From Fibrobacteria bacterium (lineage in GTDB: Bacteria > Fibrobacterota > Fibrobacteria > UBA11236), in assembly GCA_041746255.1 (NCBI GenBank), contig JBGTHM010000087.1:1-21651 (forward strand): a DNA stretch of 21,651 nucleotides, given 5' to 3'. Below the pieces are notes generated by a model, which saw nothing but the letters and a program-made list of their open reading frames with translations, searched no databases and was not told the DNA's origin. Positions within the stretch are counted from its first letter, which is position 1. Each line of letters starts with the position of its first letter. The translations under genes and the position numbers were made by a program. Positions 1 to 9,100 of the stretch are shown piece after piece.

Positions 1-12
1 ACCCGCATAGGC

Positions 13-1158
13 ATGGCCCTTTTATCCCTGGGTTTATTCGTCTCGCCGATATATTTGTCAGCGCATCCTTCCGGCACAGCCCTGGTGGATATTTACCTGT
101 CGGATGATTCCTTGAGGTTGGTCGCCGACATCAATGGCGAGGATATGCTTAACGCGGCCTGGCCTGAAAAAAGTTTCCATACCATTTCCGTATCGGAATA
201 TCCTCAATTGCACGATCGCATCGGGTATTACCTGAAATCCAACATTATGGTAACCCTCAATGCGAACCGGGTGGATCTGGTGAACGTAAGTTCATGGTAC
301 CCAGGAGGAGGGCCGGGTGAATTGATGGACAGCACCCAACTGAACGATACCACTTATATCATTGAACTTAAGGCCCCCATTCAACTCATGGATGCACCCC
401 TCACGGTGCAGTCTTCCTTGTGGGCTCGATTCGGCATAGAACCCATCACCCAGGTCAGCATTCATTATCGCGATTCCCTGGTCCATAGAAAATGGATTCT
501 TTTGGAAGACAAGGTGAGCCTGAACGTTCATCCCGATACCTTGGCAGCCGTTTTGGAGGCACGACGCGCTGCGGGCTCGGATGGTGGTCCGCCTTCCAGC
601 GAGATCATTTCCCGCTTCATATATTTGGGGTTTATCCATATCATTCCGGAGGGAATGGATCACATCCTATTCGTTTTGGGCCTGTTCTTTTTTTCCACAG
701 CCCTAGGTCCGCTGCTTATCCAGGTAACCGCTTTTACTATTGCGCATTCCATTACTCTCGCGCTTGCCGTTTGGGGAGTCTTCTCCCTACCGGGCAGTAT
801 TGTCGAACCCTTGATTGCGCTTTCCATCGCAGTGGTGGGAATAGAGAATATTTTTTTCCGACGCATGCGCGCCTGGCGTTGGTTGCTGGTATTCGGCTTC
901 GGCCTAATCCACGGCCTGGGGTTCGCGGGTGTACTCAAGGACTTAGGTCTTACCCAAGGCAATTTTTTAGCCACCCTGATTGGATTCAATATCGGCGTGG
1001 AATTGGGTCAGTTGGCTGTTATCGCCCTCGCCTTCGTGGTTACGGTATGGTTTTGGCGTAAGGCCTGGTATTTTCGTTCGGTGGTGGTACCCATCAGCGC
1101 GTTAATTTCCATAATCGGGCTCTATTGGGCGGTGGAAAGGATCTTTGGGGCCGGATGA
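13..1158 (+). CDS. HupE/UreJ family (HupE_UreJ_2-type) membrane protein with N-terminal extracytoplasmic domain; true start may lie upstream of the window
   Basis: C-terminal multi-TM domain with the motifs LGFIHIIPEGMDHILFVLGL, TAFTIAHSITL, VEPLIALSI, FGFGLIHGLGFAG and GFNIGVELGQL. Signal-peptide-like N-terminus followed by His (LSA-HPSG). The frame is open from base 1 (acc cgc ata ggc atg). Confidence 0.9.
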   Translation: MALLSLGLFVSPIYLSAHPSGTALVDIYLSDDSLRLVADINGEDMLNAAWPEKSFHTISVSEYPQLHDRIGYYLKSNIMVTLNANRVDLVNVSSWYPGGGPGELMDSTQLNDTTYIIELKAPIQLMDAPLTVQSSLWARFGIEPITQVSIHYRDSLVHRKWILLEDKVSLNVHPDTLAAVLEARRAAGSDGGPPSSEIISRFIYLGFIHIIPEGMDHILFVLGLFFFSTALGPLLIQVTAFTIAHSITLALAVWGVFSLPGSIVEPLIALSIAVVGIENIFFRRMRAWRWLLVFGFGLIHGLGFAGVLKDLGLTQGNFLATLIGFNIGVELGQLAVIALAFVVTVWFWRKAWYFRSVVVPISALISIIGLYWAVERIFGAG

Positions 1159-1268
1159 GGCGCGGCGATAGGAGCATAGGGCAAGGCCCGTTTACGCCGG
1201 TTTACCTATCTTTTCAGACGGACTTTGAAATTATGAGGAAATGACCCGATCGGAAGGATTGGCTTCAT

Positions 1269-1763
1269 ATGGAAATTCCATTTCTACGGATAGCCTTTTA
1301 CCTGATTGGGCTCTCCCTAACCCCGATATTTTCCCAAACCCTCGAATTCCAACTTACTCCCAGCGCCGGTTTTGATAACCAATCAGAAGGGCCGCAAATG
1401 GATTGGAGCGTCGGCGAAACCGTAATCGGTTCGCCGGACACAATTTACAAGTATCTCCATTCGGGCTTTCGCCAGGTTGTGTTGGAAGAAGTGCTGATGG
1501 TATTGAATGGACCCGCTGTGGCCAATTCCATTTTGGTGGAGAGCATAGGAGGGTACCTCATAATTGAAATTCCGGGCACGGCCAGCCGGTTCAAGATAAA
1601 TCTCTTCGACAGCAATGGTAGAGTGCTTGCGGAGTATCATTCCGGAGGAGGAGAAAAGCTGACTTTGAATTGGAAAGAAGTTTCGAGTTGGGCCGCGTTT
1701 ATGCGGATTTATTCTGAAGAAGGTAGTCTGGTGAAAAGCTTTAAATTGTTTCGGGGAGAATGA
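1269..1763 (+). CDS. Small secreted protein with C-terminal T9SS type-A sorting-domain-like region
   Basis: Signal peptide (..LSLTPIFS-Q). WSVGETVI..SGFRQ motif, which I recognise from small CTD proteins preceding S74 fibre genes. The C-terminus INLFDSNGRVL...FMRIYSEEGSLVKSFKLFR resembles the Por CTD pattern. The stop overlaps the next ATG (ATGA, 1760-1763). Confidence 0.7.
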   Translation: MEIPFLRIAFYLIGLSLTPIFSQTLEFQLTPSAGFDNQSEGPQMDWSVGETVIGSPDTIYKYLHSGFRQVVLEEVLMVLNGPAVANSILVESIGGYLIIEIPGTASRFKINLFDSNGRVLAEYHSGGGEKLTLNWKEVSSWAAFMRIYSEEGSLVKSFKLFRGE

Positions 1764-3793
1764 AAATGAGAAGTCTATGCCATTTGATTGGGTTGCTTAC
1801 CGTAATGGTGATTTCCGCTTGGTCCCAGTCACCGCCAGGATTTCATTACCAGGCAGTCTTGCGCAATGAGCAGGGAGCGGTGGTAAAAAGTCAAACCGTA
1901 GGTGTGCAAATCCGGATTCTAAAGGATACGGAAAAAGGCGCGGAAGTTTACAGTGAAAGCCATGTTATTAAAACCACGCCCCATGGAAATATTAATCTGC
2001 GCATCGGAAGTGGGAAAGCCAAAGGTTCCTTAAAGGATGTAGATTGGGGAGCGGCCAGCCATTTTATCAGCTTAGGGCTTGATTTGGCAGGCGGGGAAAA
2101 TTTCACCGATGCCGGTGTCGCCCAATTGATGAGCGTTCCATATGCTCTGCATTCGGTCTCAAGTGAACGAACTTCCCAACCCCCGCAAAAAATCTCCCTT
2201 GGTAACGATACCCTGTATTTGAGTCATGGCGGCGGCAGTGTAAAACTTCCCACGTCGATCCCCGGATCGGTCAACCAAATTTCCGATGCAGACGGAAATA
2301 CCCAGGTTATAGTCGAAAAAACGCCCAATGACGATGTCGTCCGATTTCAAATGGGCGGCCAGGAGAGAATGCGCATGCGTGGATATGCCTTGGAATTCGT
2401 CAATAGCGGGTCCTCGGTATTTGTAGGAGACAGCGCCGGGGCCAATGCGAACGGCAGTAACAGGATGAATGTTTTCTTAGGCGATAAATCCGGAAAAAAT
2501 AATACCGTCGGTACCTCGAATGTCTTCACAGGGTTTTCGACTGGTGCGAACAATACCACGGGAAATATCAATGTTATTTTGGGATCGGCCGCCGGCTTCA
2601 ACAACACTTCCGGGCAGTCCAATAATTTTCTGGGAGCATCCGCTGGATTTTTGAACACTACGGGCGGCAAAAATATTTTTATCGGCACCGAGGCGGGGCG
2701 CAACAATACCACTAGTGATTCGAACCTTTTTATCGGTCACGAGGCTGGTTATAATAACTCGGTTGGTAAAAACCAGTTTATCGGCAATCAATCCGGCCGG
2801 GCGAATACGGTTGGTGAGTGGAATACTTTTTTGGGTTATCGTTCCGGATTTCGCAATACAGCGGGATTTTCCAATACTTTTTCAGGGTATGAATCCGGCT
2901 TAAGTAATACCACCGGTAACTATAACACCTTCGCGGGGCAACAGTCCGGCTATTCCAACGTCACTGGCTCCGCGAATACTTTCATGGGGCATCAAGCGGG
3001 TCGGGTCAATACCGCGGGTTTGGATAATACCTTTATGGGGGCTTATTCCGGCCATGCCTTTGGATCCGGATCCCTCAACACGTTTATCGGCAAGGGAGCC
3101 GGAGGTGTTTCAACCAATGGAACCCGGAATACCTTTTTGGGTGCGGATGCAGGCGCCGGAAATTCAGGCGCTTCGAACACCTTTATTGGAGCCGGCGCCG
3201 GACAATCCAACGCTGGAACCGGCAATGTTTTTATCGGCGCGGGCGCAGGAAGTTTATCCGGGGAGTCCAATGCCCTGATAATCAATAATTCTTCCGCAAG
3301 CATACCGCTTATCTACGGGAATTTCAGCCGTGACTCGGTGGCGATACGGGGTTCACTCAGAGTGAGGGATACCATACGGGCCTATGCCGTCAAGGCTCAT
3401 GTAGTGGAGGGCACCATAGTCAATGTTTACGGGCAGTTAAACCAGTTTTCCGATGAACGCCTAAAAAGCGAGGTAACCCCTATTCACGGGGTGGTGGAAA
3501 AGCTGGGACGTATCCAGGGCGTCTACCATCGATGGAATAAATTATCCGAAAAGGTTGGAACCTTTCCGGCTGGCCGCCAAATAGGTGTAATGGCACAGGA
3601 TGTGGAGAAAGAGTTTCCTGAGCTGATTAGCACGCATGCAAATGGCTATAAAACGATGGACTATGTGAAGCTTTCCGCGATTCTGCTTGAAGCCGTCAAA
3701 GGCCTGAACAAGCAGAACCAGGAACTTTCCTCCCGATTGGATCGTATCGAAATGGAAGTGAAGAGGCGCGGTAGGGAAGCGCGTGCCGATTAG
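1760..3793 (+). CDS. Secreted tail-fibre-domain protein with Gly/Asn 17-aa repeats and C-terminal peptidase S74 (intramolecular chaperone) domain
   Basis: Signal peptide (..VISAWS-Q), N-terminal FHYQAVLRN...LMSVPYALHS domain, about 17 NxFxGxxAGxxNxxG repeats, S74 motifs SDERLK (3449), IGVMAQDVEKEFPELI and MDYVKL, then a coiled coil. Confidence 0.9.
   Translation: MKMRSLCHLIGLLTVMVISAWSQSPPGFHYQAVLRNEQGAVVKSQTVGVQIRILKDTEKGAEVYSESHVIKTTPHGNINLRIGSGKAKGSLKDVDWGAASHFISLGLDLAGGENFTDAGVAQLMSVPYALHSVSSERTSQPPQKISLGNDTLYLSHGGGSVKLPTSIPGSVNQISDADGNTQVIVEKTPNDDVVRFQMGGQERMRMRGYALEFVNSGSSVFVGDSAGANANGSNRMNVFLGDKSGKNNTVGTSNVFTGFSTGANNTTGNINVILGSAAGFNNTSGQSNNFLGASAGFLNTTGGKNIFIGTEAGRNNTTSDSNLFIGHEAGYNNSVGKNQFIGNQSGRANTVGEWNTFLGYRSGFRNTAGFSNTFSGYESGLSNTTGNYNTFAGQQSGYSNVTGSANTFMGHQAGRVNTAGLDNTFMGAYSGHAFGSGSLNTFIGKGAGGVSTNGTRNTFLGADAGAGNSGASNTFIGAGAGQSNAGTGNVFIGAGAGSLSGESNALIINNSSASIPLIYGNFSRDSVAIRGSLRVRDTIRAYAVKAHVVEGTIVNVYGQLNQFSDERLKSEVTPIHGVVEKLGRIQGVYHRWNKLSEKVGTFPAGRQIGVMAQDVEKEFPELISTHANGYKTMDYVKLSAILLEAVKGLNKQNQELSSRLDRIEMEVKRRGREARAD
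2414..3268 (+). repeat. About 17 tandem coding repeats of 15-18 aa (mostly 17 aa / 51 bp), beta-roll/adhesin-head-like
   Basis: Examples: NVFLGDKSGKNNTVGTS, NTFLGYRSGFRNTAGFS, NTFIGAGAGQSNAGTG. Conserved at the protein level, diverged at the DNA level. Confidence 0.85.
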
Positions 3794-5875
3794 AGATTGG
3801 GCTCAATCGAGTCTTCCGTCTTTTCGGCTTCGAAACGAGGCGCCCACTTACCGAAAACGCTGGTTGAATGCATCGGCTCAGGTAAATAGGAATCCAAAAA
3901 ACCGAGATACCAACGAATGGCGCCATAAATCAGAAGGAAGGAAAGCAGAAAGGTTTTCCAGGGAAATCTTTTTTCCGCAAAAGGGTCGCGTATATCGCTG
4001 CGTGAACCGGGCGGCAATTTGGCCACACTGCTCAAGGTGGCGCCGAAGGGTACATTGAATTTTGCCTTGGCATTCATGGCCCATCCGTTCGCATCGAGAA
4101 TCGGGCCGAGATTGCGCTTACGTAATTTGATATAGGCGAGATTTCCCATCAGTACGATTACAAAGGTTCCGATAGCACCAGCCGCGACCCCGATGGCGGC
4201 AACGGTCCCCACATCGATTTTCTTGGGACCAGTCGGTTTGACCTTGTCCAAATTCGCCGTGGTGGACGCAGCGGTCGCAAGTTTATTGTCCGCTTCCGCC
4301 TCCGCTTCTACGACTCGCTTGGACACCCGTTCTTCCAAATACCTCACGAATTTCTTATAGGGTGACCAAAAGGCCTAGCGGATACTGATGGGATTGTCCA
4401 CTATTCTGGCGATGGTCGCGTCCCAGTCCTGGCCCTTTCTGTCGTAGAAGATGCCGTTGCGTCCCACCATCAGGTTCTCGGAATACCCTGTCGTAAAATC
4501 CGTAACGATTTGCATTATTTCATTGGTCTCTTTCCGAGTGCAGTCGAGATAGGCCAGGTAGGCGCCGGCTAATCCCGCCATGCTGGCGTGCTTAGACGGG
4601 TCTTCCACGCGCAGGCACAGTCGGCATTCCCGCCTATCGAGAAATAGAGTTCCGCATTGGAAAATCGAACGCTCGGATCCGTCGAGAAATCCTTGAAATT
4701 GACGAAATTGTTGCAAAGCAAGGCGATGTCCCGGTAAAACCGAACCAGGCGCTCCACCAATTCGATACTGGTGGTTTCGTTTTCCAATGCTTTGTCCCGC
4801 TCAACCAGTTCCTTTAACCGGTTACGCATGTCGGATTGCAGTATTTCGTGAATTCGATTCTCACCCAGCTTTTCCACTTTGTGACCGGCTTTTTCGGCCA
4901 TCCACGCCTGGAAGGGCGCGAATTTCTCGAGAATAAGTTTACATTCCGATTCGGTTATCTTTTCCCGGGGGCCGAGAAGGGGCTTCACCACTTCCTCGGC
5001 AAGTGCGGACAAGGTGGCGGCATGCGCAGGATTGACCGGACCGGTAAGTGGCAACGGTTTTTCAGGCGCTATGTGGGACAGCGGGAATCCGGCGACCTCG
5101 TCACCGGTATTACTCAAGTCGCTCGCGGCGATAACCAGGTACTCATCCTCCTGACGGTTAAGCACATTTTCAGCGCGTGGGTGGTATGCGGTAAGCCGGC
5201 AGCGGCATTTTCCGTTTCGGTAATACCAAAAGGAAAGATGGCGTCGGAATCCGATTGTCCTTTGCGGGTCCAGGCTTGGTAAGCCTCGGCCCCGGCGAAA
5301 AAGAGTTCAATCCTTTCCGAGTCGATGCCGGGTTTTCCAGAAAGGTCGGAAACGAATCCCGTACATTCCATAATCTCCTGGATGACTATGCGGGCCCGCT
5401 CTTCCGTTGCAGACAATTCGGTTATTACCCCATCACCATTAAAGGCGGTATTTGCAAAAATACGCGCTTTATCAGCAACGTCCCCGACTGAAAGAGAGGA
5501 CGCTTCCGGCTTGCCGATATTTATAAGTATTTGGCGTGCGGAGGCAAGCAGAATTTTGCCTTCGGGATAGGCGTCGTTTATGGAGGAAATCGGCAGGAGG
5601 GAATCACCTTTTACAAGATCGTCCGCATTTTTCAGGTTTCTACCCGCAAACTTTACTGCGGCGACTAATTCTCCAGGACGTATGCGGCCGTTATTGTCCA
5701 TATCAATGAGTTCCAGTGTGCGCGAATCGATTTCCAATCCGGATGTGGGGCAGGCCAGGGCGACCCAAAGTTTTTTGTCGAGGAATTCAAGATTCATCAG
5801 ATCCGCGCCGGAAACCAGCTTAACCTGATCGAATCCTCAGGTCCGGAAAAATGTCCATTTATGTTTGACAGCCAC
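3790..5875 (-). pseudogene. Disrupted gene for a conserved hypothetical protein of about 700 aa (EF-hand-like loop, C-terminal TM segments)
   Basis: GTG at 5875 reads VAVKHKWTFFRT*GFDQVKL, with TGA at 5837-5839 in frame with ORF 5114..5797. Frameshift near 5204 (new frame RCRLTAYHPRAENVLNRQ). Frameshift at 4684/4685 (KDF then DGSERSIFQCGTL). TAG at 4375-4377 (NPISIR*AFWSPYKK), in frame with ORF 3790..4347. The four ORF fragments are collinear. Confidence 0.88.
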
Positions 5876-6158
5876 CGTATTTTCCCCCGGAATGGGCGAA
5901 AAGGTAACTTTCAGGGGAAGTAAGCCCAAGGGTATCCCCAGCGACTTGGGAGGGTTTCAACGGGGTGACTTGGAGGTAAAAAACGAGTTAGCCATGGTTG
6001 ATTCGATTTCAAGTACGGGTGAGAATATTTCTTTCGGGCTTATTCTATAAAAACTATACTATTTAAAATATTTTTCGTTTAAAACGGCGGTAGGACCAAG
6101 CCTCGAATCCCCTCAGGGCATAAGTCCAAAGTTTTGGAAATCAGCAAAGGATGTAACG

Positions 6159-9100
6159 ATGTCGCCCAGCAGATCTCATACCGAGGTTGAATCCTATAAG
6201 AAGAATCTGTTGCATGCTTTGGTTGCTCTGAACAAGGGCGACTTTTCGGTGCGACTCAAGGGAAATCCCGAAGGTATCGATGGGAAAATTATCGATGCCT
6301 TCAATGCGGTAGTGGAGAATAACGCAAAAATGGTGCGTACGTTGGAGCTTACCAGCCGCATGGTCGGTAAGGAAGGAAAGATCTCCCAACGAATCGCCAT
6401 CGGCGAAATGCAGGGCGCTTGGGCCGGCAGTGTTGAGGCTGTCAATACCCTTATAGATGATCTGGTGGCGCCGACGACTGAAATGGCACGCGTCATTGGG
6501 GCGGTTTCCGCAGGTGACCTCTCGCAAACCATGGATTTGGAAATTGACGGGCGAAAGTTGAAGGGTGAATTTCTTCGCACGGCCAAAACCGTGAACACCA
6601 TGGTGAGTCGTTTGGGTTCCTTCGCGTCGGAAGTGACGCGCGTGGCCCGCGAAGTGGGTACGGAAGGTCAATTGGGCGGCCAGGCGGTGGTACGTGGCGT
6701 GGCGGGTACGTGGAAGGATTTGACCGATAATGTGAATTCGATGGCGAGCAACCTGACCAATCAAGTACGCAACATCGCCGAGGTGACCAAGGCGGTGGCT
6801 AACGGGGATTTGTCCAAAAAGATTACGGCAGACGCGCGGGGCGAGATTCAGGAATTGAAAAACACCATCAATACCATGGTGGACCAGCTGAACTCCTTCG
6901 CTTCGGAGGTGACGCGCGTGGCGCGCGAAGTGGGTAGTGAAGGCAAACTGGGCGGCCAGGCGATAGTCCGCGGCGTGGCGGGCACGTGGAAGGATTTGAC
7001 CGACAATGTGAATTCCATGGGCGGCAACCTGACCAATCAAGTACGCAACATCGCCGAGGTGACCAAGGCGGTGGCAACGGGTGATTTATCCAAAAAGATT
7101 ACCGCCGATGCGCGCGGCGAGATTCAGGAATTGAAAAACACCATCAATACCATGGTGGATCAGCTGAACTCCTTCGCTTCGGAGGTGACGCGCGTTGCGC
7201 GCGAAGTGGGTACCGAAGGCAAGCTGGGCGGTCAGGCGGAAGTACGGGGCGTGGGGGGTACTTGGAAGGATTTGACCGACAATGTGAATTCGATGGCCAG
7301 TAATCTGACCAATCAGGTGCGTAATATCGCGCAGGTGACCACGGCGGTGGCCAACGGGGATTTGTCCAAGAAGATCACGGTGGACGTACAGGGCGAAATG
7401 CTCGAGATGAAGAACACCATCAATACCATGGTGGATCAGCTGAATTCCTTCGCTTCGGAAGTAACGCGCGTTGCGCGCGAAGTGGGCACCGAAGGCAAGC
7501 TGGGCGGCCAGGCGGAGGTGCGCGGAGTGGCGGGAACATGGAAGGATTTGACCGACAATGTGAACTCGATGGCCAGTAATTTGACCAATCAGGTGCGTAA
7601 TATCGCGCAAGTAACCACGGCGGTGGCCAACGGGGATTTATCCAAGAAGATTACCGCCAGCGCCCGAGGCGAAATCCAGGAATTGAAGAACACCATCAAT
7701 ACCATGGTGGATCAGCTGAACTCCTTCGCCTCGGAAGTGACGCGCGTGGCGCGCGAGGTGGGTAGCGAAGGTAAGTTGGGAGGACAGGCCGAGGTTAAAG
7801 GCGTATCGGGAACATGGAAAAACCTGACCGACAATGTGAACATGATGGCGGCGAATTTGACCGGCCAGGTACGCGGAATCGCGAAAGTGGTGACTTCCGT
7901 TGCCAATGGCGACTTGAAGCAGAAGTTGGCCTTTGAAGCCAAAGGCGAAATCGCGGCATTGGCCGATACCATCAACGGGATGATCGACACACTCGCCATT
8001 TTCGCGGTTCAGGTTACCACGGTGGCCCGGGAAGTGGGGGTGGAGGGCAAGCTGGGCGGCCAGGCCAGCGTTCCGGGCACTTCCGGAACCTGGAAAGTGC
8101 TTGTCGATAACGTAAACCAATTGGCCGCGAATTTGACGACTCAGGTGCGGGCCATCGCGGAGGTGGCCACGGCGGTGACGAAGGGTGATTTGACGCGCTC
8201 CATCCAGGTCGGCGCCCAAGGCGAGGTGGAAGCCCTGAAAGACAATATCAATCAGATGATCGCAAACCTGCGCGAAACCACCCTGAAAAACGCCGAACAG
8301 GACTGGCTTAAAACCAACTTGGCCAAATTTACGCAGATGTTGCAGGGGAAAAAGGATTTGCTCACGGTTTCCCGCCAGATTCTGGCGGAACTGGCTCCGG
8401 TGGTCTCCGCCCAACAGGGGGTGTTCTACCTCATGACCCATTCCGGAGACCAGCCAAAGTTAAGGCTACTGGCGTCTTATGCGCACCGGGACCGCGAAGG
8501 CGCGGTTACCGAGTTCGCGCTGGGCGAAAGCCTGATTGGGCAATGCGCATTGGAGAAAGAGCGCATCTTATTGACCAACGTTCCTCCGGATTATATCCAA
8601 ATCAATTCGGGTCTGGGAGAATCTCCGCCCTTAAGCATTATCGTCCTTCCCGTCGTATTTGAGAATGCCGTAAAGGGAGTCATCGAATTGGCGTCCTTCG
8701 AAAAATTCAATGCGACTCATCTGGCTTTTTTGGAACAGTTGACCGAGAGTATCGGCATTGTCTTGAATACCATCGAAGCCAATACCCGCACCGAGGATTT
8801 ACTGACCCAATCCCAATCCCTGGCTCAGGAATTACAAAGCCAGCAGGAAGAGTTGCGGAATACCAACGAAGAATTGGAAGACAAGGCGACCTTGCTGGTT
8901 CGGCAAAACGAAGAGGTGGAACGGAAGAATAGGGAAGTGGAAAACGCCAAATTGGCGCTTGAGGAAAAAGCCACGCAATTGGCGTTAACCTCCAAATACA
9001 AGTCTGAATTTTTGGCGAACATGTCCCATGAATTGCGCACTCCTCTCAACAGCCTGCTCATATTGGCGCATCAGCTTTCCCAGAACACCGGTGGAAACCT

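Noticed and set aside
1159..1215. Riboswitch-like leader (GGCGATAGGAG...CCTATCTTTT)
   Set aside because: Only a 6-bp long-range stem, and it does not fit the fluoride or other riboswitch consensus I know.
1760..3793. Prophage remnant or DGR target
   Set aside because: The protein has a signal peptide, there are no other phage genes or reverse transcriptase, and I saw no TR/VR-like repeat pair.
5837..5839. In-frame TGA at a probable Gly position suggesting UGA=Gly recoding or selenocysteine
   Set aside because: TGA ends intact genes here (1158, 1763, 16564), and the same gene also carries a TAG and two frameshifts. Simple decay explains it.
6076..6138. Short palindromes upstream of the kinase (CGTTTAAAACG, TCCAAAGTTTTGGA)
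   Set aside because: Too short in AT-rich DNA to distinguish from chance, and no second copy was seen.
6621..8276. CRISPR-like or mobile repeat array
   Set aside because: These are in-frame 276-bp coding repeats with no spacers and no cas genes.
6141..8441. Long antisense ORFs (299, 174 and 267 aa) opposite the HAMP array
   Set aside because: They are shadows of codon bias and the repeats, with His/Arg-rich unrealistic composition and no motifs.
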